IMG/VR virus record: IMGVR_UViG_3300025870_000010 | Coordinates: 9,561 to 73,560 of that record | Direction: 5' to 3' (one strand) | Source of the DNA: a virus | Length of the DNA stretch: 64,000 nt | Shown: one piece after another, positions 56,839 through 64,000 of the stretch | Position numbering within the stretch: position 1 is the stretch's first letter | Layout of the letters: each line of letters starts with the position of its first letter | Position numbers and translations under genes: made by a program | Notes under the pieces: generated by a model | Seen by the model: the letters and a program-made list of their open reading frames with translations, nothing else | Database searches by the model: none | What the model was told of the DNA's origin: nothing

Positions 56839-57870
56839 TTAAAATATTTTTTTTGTCAATTCTTGAGCTAATGCAGCACTAACTATTCTTGAAGTAAGAA
56901 CATTAAAAAGTGGTCCTTTTTCTATACCAAGAACTCTTGCAATTGCTTTTCCAATTTTTGGTCCCAATGCAAAACCAGCTATACCTCCTAATGCTCTACC
57001 GAAAATTCCTTCGTTTAAAGATTCTGGGTCTGTTAGTAATTTTGATATCAATTCTATTTGTAAATTTTCTAAGACTTGAATGTTTTTAGAAACTATCTTA
57101 TCAATTTTCTTTTTTAGTATTTTTTTGTCTATATCTAATATTCTTGAAATTGTATCTAAAGATTTTATATCTACTAATCCATTATAACTAATTTCTAAAT
57201 TAGTCAAATGTGGTACAATAGAAGAAAAGTCTTCAGAACTTCCTTTTGATAATTCTGTTGCTAAAATTTGCACTAAAGATGCTGGGTCTCCAAAATCGTT
57301 TAGTGGTATATAAATTTCTTTTTCTGAAATGTTTTTATCTTCTTTAACTTTTTTGAATTTTTTCATTGAAATAGTCTTTTCTGGTTCTTGTATTGAAACG
57401 TCTGCAGTTGCTCCCGCACCACCAAATACATCACCACTACCTAATTTACCACCTACTTCCGGTATCTCAATTACACCCATCCCATTTACAGAACCAGGTG
57501 TTGCTGCAAAATCATTCTCATTAAAAATTCCTAATTTATCTTGATTTTCAATTTCTTTTAGAATTAAAGCAATGTTATCTGCAACAATTTCATTTTCTTT
57601 TTTACCTCCACCTAAATTAGCAAATTCTTTATTTATTGAATTTATTTTCTTTCTAAGTTTATTGTCAAAAAGATTTGATTTGTTGCCTATTTGTATTGCT
57701 CTGTTATAATATTCTTTAGTGGCTCTACTTGTAACCAACGGATTCTTTTCATCTCTTGCCGCACTTTCTAAGTCACTTAGTGCTTGTAAATATCTATTTA
57801 AAGGCATTTTCTTTTCTTCATTCAAAGTATCGAATGAAACTGAATTTTGTATGTTTTTAAATTTTTTCAC
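56839..57870 (-). CDS. Putative virion polyprotein with a copy of the major-capsid N-arm motif and a C-terminal glycine-zipper-like helix
   Basis: NENDFAATPGSVNGMG...GSGDV and LNEGIFGRALGGIAGFALG. Late motif at 57887-57895. Confidence 0.65.
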   Translation of the reverse strand: MKKFKNIQNSVSFDTLNEEKKMPLNRYLQALSDLESAARDEKNPLVTSRATKEYYNRAIQIGNKSNLFDNKLRKKINSINKEFANLGGGKKENEIVADNIALILKEIENQDKLGIFNENDFAATPGSVNGMGVIEIPEVGGKLGSGDVFGGAGATADVSIQEPEKTISMKKFKKVKEDKNISEKEIYIPLNDFGDPASLVQILATELSKGSSEDFSSIVPHLTNLEISYNGLVDIKSLDTISRILDIDKKILKKKIDKIVSKNIQVLENLQIELISKLLTDPESLNEGIFGRALGGIAGFALGPKIGKAIARVLGIEKGPLFNVLTSRIVSAALAQELTKKIF

Positions 57871-57889
57871 TGAGTATCCTTTTTTTTAT

Positions 57890-58132
57890 TTAATCAATAG
57901 AATTGTTTTCCTTTAAATCTACCTGAGTTATATCAAATTCAATAGGTTCTCCTAAAACCTTCTCCAACTCATCGACATAGGTAATATAATAAAAATTATC
58001 AGATTCTGAAAATTGATAATTTACCCAATAAATGGTTATGTCATTTGGATTGATTGGTAATCCTTTGTAATCTGCTGATAGTTTTCGAGCATTTATAGCT
58101 TCTTGTTCGGTATTATATTTATAACCTTTCAT
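57890..58132 (-). CDS. Hypothetical protein
   Basis: 80-aa ORF directly downstream of 58134-59627. Confidence 0.55.
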   Translation of the reverse strand: MKGYKYNTEQEAINARKLSADYKGLPINPNDITIYWVNYQFSESDNFYYITYVDELEKVLGEPIEFDITQVDLKENNSID

Positions 58133-58133
58133 G

Positions 58134-59627
58134 TTAGTATATTGTATAATTTGTGTTAATATTATTTTCTATTGTAACCCTATGATTAATTAAATCATTA
58201 TCAAAAGTTATCAATTCTTGAATGTTACCAATATAACGCCAAGATTGTGCTCCGACATTATAACCAATACCGTATTTATATGCATTAGTACCTGTTAAAT
58301 CTACAGTTAAAGTTGATTGATTTATTGAAAAACCGTTTTTAAATTGATTAAAACCGTTTAAACCAGTTGAAGCAAATATCGACATTGAATATTGAGAATT
58401 TATAGCAGAATCAACAGTTGAAATAACATCAGTTTCAAATACAGTTTTGTATTTTGCACTTTTTAAGTATATCATGTGTTCAGAATCGCCAAGATACCCT
58501 TTTGAGGTTATCATTTGTGTATCAGCAGTTGTCGATTTGTGAACAACAAAAGTAGATAATATTTGATTAATATTACCAAAATTCACATCATTTACAAATA
58601 AATGCCTTGTTCCATTTACAGTAGTATTAAAAGTTAAAGTTGGTTTACCATTTTCTAATTCAACACCAGTTGTTGAATCATAAATTTTTGGTTGATTATT
58701 GGAAGTTGTTTGTATTGCATTATTATTTACATCACTTTGATTATACCATACACTTACAAACCCATTTGTACCACTACAAAAAGTATTTAAACTTGTTATG
58801 TCTAATTGATTATTTACAAAACCAATATCTTGCGTAGTGTTATCACTTGACCTTCTTACTTGTACAGCATTTCCAGTATAACTAGAATTTAATTTTCTTA
58901 AACTAAAGGCACCGGTTGATCCACTTAAATTATCTAATAATAGAGGGTCTGATTCTGGTTCTGCTTCCGATTCCTGTTCTTGTGATGGTTGTTCGGATTG
59001 TATTTTAATATCAGATATTTTACCAGTAAGTTTACTAGGATTAGTATCAAAAGTATTAGGGTTTCCTGGATTAGCAAAAGTAGATTCTACTTTACTATAT
59101 TGCAAAGTAATGTTGAATGTTTCAAATGTCTGAATATTTTCAGAATAACTAAGTTCGAAATCACTAATTCCTGTCAAGATACAATCTCGATATACTCTAC
59201 TGAACATTACATTTTCTTGATTGTCTAGCATTCTTAAAGTAATATCACCAATAAACGCTTCAGGATTTTTCATATCATAATGAAAGAAAAACGTATCTAA
59301 AAGAATCCAATAATTTACATATCCATTTAATAGTTTAAAAGTTAATGTAAGATTCTTTTCTGTTAATTCTTGTGCATTTAGAGTACTTCTCCAAGTTGTT
59401 TTTATTTCGTTCTTATTAAGAGTATCAACAAAACCTTGTTCTACTCCTTCGTATTGATAACTAGGAATAGTAACACCTTGTAAAGAACTTTCTACAAGCG
59501 TTCTAGGACTTTCCAACTGAGTTGGCATATTCTTTACATAGGGTTTATAGAACTCTTCAATTTTTTCTGGAATAAACTTTTTAGTAAATTCTATATAAAA
59601 TAAATCTTTTCTTGCAAGGTGTCGCAT
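58134..59627 (-). CDS. Tail-tube-like/baseplate protein fused to a lectin-like (LamG/arabinofuranosidase-B-type) domain
   Basis: The N-terminal ~190 aa have a tube-fold pattern (GVTIPS, LTFKL, LDN, YRDCIL..IS...LSY...FNITLQY). A Q/E/P linker follows, then AFSLRKL..YTGNAVQVRRSSDN..QDIGF, VWYNQS and GNIQELI. Confidence 0.6.
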   Translation of the reverse strand: MRHLARKDLFYIEFTKKFIPEKIEEFYKPYVKNMPTQLESPRTLVESSLQGVTIPSYQYEGVEQGFVDTLNKNEIKTTWRSTLNAQELTEKNLTLTFKLLNGYVNYWILLDTFFFHYDMKNPEAFIGDITLRMLDNQENVMFSRVYRDCILTGISDFELSYSENIQTFETFNITLQYSKVESTFANPGNPNTFDTNPSKLTGKISDIKIQSEQPSQEQESEAEPESDPLLLDNLSGSTGAFSLRKLNSSYTGNAVQVRRSSDNTTQDIGFVNNQLDITSLNTFCSGTNGFVSVWYNQSDVNNNAIQTTSNNQPKIYDSTTGVELENGKPTLTFNTTVNGTRHLFVNDVNFGNINQILSTFVVHKSTTADTQMITSKGYLGDSEHMIYLKSAKYKTVFETDVISTVDSAINSQYSMSIFASTGLNGFNQFKNGFSINQSTLTVDLTGTNAYKYGIGYNVGAQSWRYIGNIQELITFDNDLINHRVTIENNINTNYTIY

Positions 59628-59648
59628 AATATAATTTTTTTAATATAC

Positions 59649-61895
59649 TTATCTATTAGTTGGTCCTGAAATACTAAAAGGATTACTAGTCGGGCCAGCA
59701 ACACTAGTCGGACCATATGGATTAAATGTACTAGATTTTATATCCATAGAATTATCATCAATTGATTTATCATCAGCCGTTGAACCTTCTTTTTTCGTAA
59801 CGGTTTCTGTTAAATTTGATGTTAATGCAACTAATAACTTTTTTTCTAATTCAGCAACTTCACTATTCAAATCACTTATTGCTTGTCTTTGTTGATTCAT
59901 TAATATTTCAGTTTCATCATCTACAATTTTAGAATATTCTTTATATCTTCCTGTATATAAAGGACTTTCTGGACTATTTTCACCAACTTTACAAGTTATA
60001 AAGAATACATCATTTCCAGAATCTATTACTTGATTGTACAATTCAGATTTAACTCTAAAAAGAACTTGACCTTTTGATTCGTCTATGTTTTGATTTTTAG
60101 TACTTTCTATTTTTATGATTTCACCTTTCTTATTAGTAAAATTCATATAAATTTGTCCTACCTTGTTTAAATCAATACTTCTAAATGAATTATCTTCTAT
60201 TTGTTCATACAATGCAAATTGCAAAAATGTATCAAAAGGAGATATGTAAACAGTTGCAGTTCCTTGTCCTTTAATATTCGTAACAGAATCTGGATTTACA
60301 TTTGGGGTTACTTTACCATCCGAATCTATGTTAACTTCGGTAACACCTGAATATACATTTTTAACTTGTTTAAATGCAGTTAAATTTTTACTATATAAAC
60401 TAGTGCCTTCTATACTATTACTAATAGTAGCCGTACTTGAATTTGTTATTGTTGTTATTGGTTTTTTATTGAATACGTTAAATACTTGAATATTATCTCT
60501 AGTGTTTAATTTCAATAATTCTTTTCCATATTTTTGTGGTTCAAAACTAACATACGAACCAGTTTTCTCAATAGTAGAATTAGTACTTGTATTGAATATT
60601 TGTAAAGTATAATTCAATTTATAAGATAATGCACTACCTCCAAATTTCAATACCGGTCTAAAACTGTTAGAATCTTCAAAATTGCTATCTTGTATGAATT
60701 CTTGTTCTCCTGTTATTATTGTTTGTGAAATATTTGCATAATTTTGAATATCGTAAGAATCAATAACATCAACTTTAATTGATCCAGCATTAGATGGGTC
60801 ATATACAACAAAATTACCTTTACTTACTGATTGACTAATTTGCGAAGAATATCCAGTTTCTGTTGCTACCCAATAATCTCCAGCATTGAAATTTGCTAAA
60901 TATGTGTTATCACTTAAATCAGGTATATTTGTTAAAGGATTATATCTTCCTACAATATTATAACTACCTACTGTATTAGGTAATTGTTCTGTTATAGTCA
61001 ATTTGTGTATTGCAATATGATTACCTACTCCACTATTGTTTAGAGATTGAATATAATCACCAAATATAGCACCATTATATGTTCCGTAGAATTCTATAAA
61101 ATCACCACTTGCACTTTCATTAACATAGACACCTACCTCTGAAAAATCATCTTTTGATGAAATAGAAGTAACATTACCAGAAATTCTTTTTGTATAAATT
61201 TGATTATCTAATTTTCTTAAATCTGAAAATTTACCAGCACTAATATCTAATAAAGTATTTGCATTGAAACCTTTACCGTTTGAAATTTTATATGCAAGGT
61301 TATCTGTAGAACTTACATCGAAAGTAGCAAGTAAGTATCTTAAAGCTGGTATCTTAAATTCTATGTAAGACGAATATTGTCTACCCGAATATAAGAATGG
61401 ATTAGGATTCATTATTTCAAAATTATCCTCTACTCTATAAATAGCACTCAGTAAACTTATTTTTTTATCTTCTTGATTTTTGATACTAATATCAATGTCT
61501 ATTCCAGAGAAAAAATCATTAAAGGTAAATCCTTGAATAAAATGTATTTTAACCGTATCGTATTTTACTCCTTCTACTGACGCAAAAGTTAAAGGTAAAC
61601 TCGATGTATTCGTTAATTTACTATCGTAGTCGTTATATACACTACCTAATTTGTTTGTTGTTAAAAGTGCAAATTCTTTTGATTGTGCATCAATTTGAAC
61701 AACAGATCGACTTCTTGTATTATTTGTTGTACTTTCATAACCATCTTGATTCATCAATAATGAACTGTCATCATATCCGTTTTGCATCAAATAAAAAGGT
61801 GCATTGGTTGTGTTTATTATTTCTGGACTTGCAGAATCGTAGTACGTATACTCGAGCAAGAAGTCAGATGAATCTAAATTTAGAAATATACTCAT
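59649..61895 (-). CDS. Large putative virion structural protein
   Basis: 748 aa, S/N/T-rich beta composition, in the tail module. Confidence 0.55.
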   Translation of the reverse strand: MSIFLNLDSSDFLLEYTYYDSASPEIINTTNAPFYLMQNGYDDSSLLMNQDGYESTTNNTRSRSVVQIDAQSKEFALLTTNKLGSVYNDYDSKLTNTSSLPLTFASVEGVKYDTVKIHFIQGFTFNDFFSGIDIDISIKNQEDKKISLLSAIYRVEDNFEIMNPNPFLYSGRQYSSYIEFKIPALRYLLATFDVSSTDNLAYKISNGKGFNANTLLDISAGKFSDLRKLDNQIYTKRISGNVTSISSKDDFSEVGVYVNESASGDFIEFYGTYNGAIFGDYIQSLNNSGVGNHIAIHKLTITEQLPNTVGSYNIVGRYNPLTNIPDLSDNTYLANFNAGDYWVATETGYSSQISQSVSKGNFVVYDPSNAGSIKVDVIDSYDIQNYANISQTIITGEQEFIQDSNFEDSNSFRPVLKFGGSALSYKLNYTLQIFNTSTNSTIEKTGSYVSFEPQKYGKELLKLNTRDNIQVFNVFNKKPITTITNSSTATISNSIEGTSLYSKNLTAFKQVKNVYSGVTEVNIDSDGKVTPNVNPDSVTNIKGQGTATVYISPFDTFLQFALYEQIEDNSFRSIDLNKVGQIYMNFTNKKGEIIKIESTKNQNIDESKGQVLFRVKSELYNQVIDSGNDVFFITCKVGENSPESPLYTGRYKEYSKIVDDETEILMNQQRQAISDLNSEVAELEKKLLVALTSNLTETVTKKEGSTADDKSIDDNSMDIKSSTFNPYGPTSVAGPTSNPFSISGPTNR

Positions 61896-61904
61896 TGTCT
61901 TTAT

Positions 61905-62693
61905 TTAAAATTTGAAAATACTATACTGGATTCCAATTCCGAATGTAGGTAAGATAGATAAATTCTGACCTATTCCCAATCCAAAGTAAGGACCAACACT
62001 GTACTTTTTATTATTTAATTTCTTTAATTCAGGATGAATAGATGGGTCTAAAGTTACAGCATCTATCTTACTAGCTTCAAATCCAGGATACTTACTTTCT
62101 AACCAAACTTTCAATTCATTGTCTTTTGTGCCTAAAACTAAAGTTGCATTCATATTAATTATGTCTTTAGTTAATTTTACATTACTAACTTTTACATTGT
62201 TGTATTTAGAAATACTATCACTACTCAATCCGATAGTTACCTCTCCTTTTAATTCTCTAGAATTATTTTCATCGTATATTGTATCTTTTTTAAAATTTAC
62301 AATATAAGTACTATCATTAATCAATTCTAAATTAGAACTTATGTAAACTGTATCGTGTTCTATTTTAGTTTTGTAATCAATTACTATCTTTGGTTCAAGA
62401 TTAGGAATAGATTCTTCTAAATCATTTATTTTATTATATAATTCAGAATTTACATCTTTTAAACTTTTTTTATCTGCAATAAGAACTCCTCTTTCTGCAA
62501 TAAATTGACCGTTTTCTCCTTTCAAGTATTTTACTGAATCGTTAAGTACTTGTATGTTATTTTTACTTATTATACTTTGCGCTTCTAAATTATTTCTTGA
62601 ATCATTATTGCATTTTACTAATAGGAGAATAACCCCTACTAGTAAAGCAATAATAAATGTATTTGTCGATATTTCTAATTTACCTATTTTCAC
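61905..62693 (-). CDS. Putative spanin-like lysis protein
   Basis: N-terminal TM helix ending in VKC, a coiled coil, and C-terminal amphipathic strands ending GIGIQYSIFKF. Confidence 0.5.
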   Translation of the reverse strand: MKIGKLEISTNTFIIALLVGVILLLVKCNNDSRNNLEAQSIISKNNIQVLNDSVKYLKGENGQFIAERGVLIADKKSLKDVNSELYNKINDLEESIPNLEPKIVIDYKTKIEHDTVYISSNLELINDSTYIVNFKKDTIYDENNSRELKGEVTIGLSSDSISKYNNVKVSNVKLTKDIINMNATLVLGTKDNELKVWLESKYPGFEASKIDAVTLDPSIHPELKKLNNKKYSVGPYFGLGIGQNLSILPTFGIGIQYSIFKF

Positions 62694-64000
62694 TATAAAT
62701 CAAAATCGTTTTCTCTTGTTAAGTTAGTCTTGTATAAATCATATATATACTTATTTTTATTATTTACTGCATATGAATTATAATCTAATTGTGAATTACT
62801 CTTAATTTGACTGCTTGTGCTGAAATAAGTATAAGGATGCATAGTATCATCGTTTCTTGACATTACTTTATAACCATATTCATAAAAATTATCCTTGAAC
62901 CATCCGAAAACTTTACCACCAGTAACATCTGTTATGTTATTAGGTATACCATCCAGATTCCTTCCATTGCTGGCGTTAAAACTTACATAAGAAGATGCGT
63001 ACTTGAGACTATTTTGTCCCACTTCGGTAGAAAACCAAGACATTTCGTATTCATCAGAATCGGTTATGCTATCAGTACGAATAGCACCACAAAGTGGTAC
63101 GCCGGCAACATAGTGTAATTTTTTTATTGTTGATGGTTTTCCATCACTACCCAATCTATTTGGATTTGTTAAACCTCTTAGGTTAATTGCCATAATAGTA
63201 CCCTTAAAAGGAGGTGTAATAAATTTCTGTCCTGCAGAATCTGCTTTTTCTGTGTTACCAACTGTCGTAGTATAATCTGGATCATCTTTAGTATAACCAA
63301 TCCAGTTACTAAACTGAGAATATACATTAGAATTTTTAACATCATATGCAAAGTGTTTTTTATTTACAAAATTATTACTCCCAGAACCATATCCACTAAC
63401 AACGAAGTGATTTATTGCCGATATTTTTGCAGCATATGAGACTGAAGGAGGAATAAATGTGGTGGTAATATCACGCCGAGTTAAATCTCCAGCTTGTCCA
63501 GAATCACCTAAAAAAACAGAACTACTATGTCCGTGACCACCTGATAGTTTTATATCAGTAGCTCCTTGATTCTCTTCATTTTGGTTTCCTTTTCCTTCAT
63601 TATTATTTTCTCCACTAGTAATTGGTATCAGATTTGACCAAGCATGCATATGTGCTCCGTAATCTCTACTAACCTCTGCCGAAGTTTGTTCATTACCTTG
63701 ATTTCCATCATCACCAGCTGTTTCTCCCGGTTCTTTGATATGATATGTTCCAGATTCGTGACTATGTTCGGGTAATAAACTTCTTGGTATTTGACTACCA
63801 CTTACGTAAGGAAATCCTACCGAATCAAACATACTTTTCATCATCCAAGAAAAATTGTATTTGCTGTTTTCGTTGTGATAAATATATCCACTATCTCTTA
63901 CAAGTCCTCTATCGTTAGGGTTTTGAGCTTGTAAAGCACTGTTTTCATCAGCATTACTTAATTTATTTCCAGAAATCGCACTTACTATTAAATCTGATTC
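62693..64000 (-). CDS. Tail fibre/baseplate protein C-terminus with HxH motifs (5' end outside the window)
   Basis: The frame is open from 63844 to the window end. It carries EHSHE, AHMHA and GHGHS motifs. Confidence 0.6.
   Translation of the reverse strand, partial: ESDLIVSAISGNKLSNADENSALQAQNPNDRGLVRDSGYIYHNENSKYNFSWMMKSMFDSVGFPYVSGSQIPRSLLPEHSHESGTYHIKEPGETAGDDGNQGNEQTSAEVSRDYGAHMHAWSNLIPITSGENNNEGKGNQNEENQGATDIKLSGGHGHSSSVFLGDSGQAGDLTRRDITTTFIPPSVSYAAKISAINHFVVSGYGSGSNNFVNKKHFAYDVKNSNVYSQFSNWIGYTKDDPDYTTTVGNTEKADSAGQKFITPPFKGTIMAINLRGLTNPNRLGSDGKPSTIKKLHYVAGVPLCGAIRTDSITDSDEYEMSWFSTEVGQNSLKYASSYVSFNASNGRNLDGIPNNITDVTGGKVFGWFKDNFYEYGYKVMSRNDDTMHPYTYFSTSSQIKSNSQLDYNSYAVNNKNKYIYDLYKTNLTRENDFDL

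Noticed and set aside
1-64000. Stop-codon reassignment as in some large Bacteroidota phages
   Set aside because: Core genes are full length in the standard code, and TAG and TGA both end genes at expected positions (for example tube TAG, gp46 start overlapping gp47 TGA).

Overview
The window is an AT-rich, gene-dense 64-kb core segment of a large T4-like myophage read in the standard bacterial code. A Bacteroidota/Flavobacteriales host is inferred from A-rich translation starts without Shine-Dalgarno motifs, a Flavobacteriales-type Fur-box palindrome and a Bacteroidota-type spanin-like gene. It contains tail genes (sheath, tube, tape measure, gp26/gp51/gp15-like), head genes (major capsid, fused protease-scaffold, portal, gp2, gp4), a gp55-like late sigma factor with a ~125-aa insertion, and a near-complete T4-type replisome. 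The PolB gene is split in two, with the sliding-clamp gene between the halves. There are also two homing endonucleases and two GT2 glycosyltransferases. A (G)ATTAAATA late-promoter motif precedes more than 20 genes. The most striking unexplained structure is a dispersed 'capsid cargo' system. About a dozen unrelated proteins share an N-terminal MKxLNEFLNE-type tag resembling the T4 capsid-targeting sequence and prohead-protease site, and several are polyproteins punctuated by [ILMV]xE sites. The putative cargo includes three clustered nucleotide-transfer enzymes (Pol-beta-type NTase, KxDG ligase-like and HIGH/NMNAT-like) and a protein carrying a copy of the major-capsid N-arm. All calls come from motif recognition by eye; no database searches were run.
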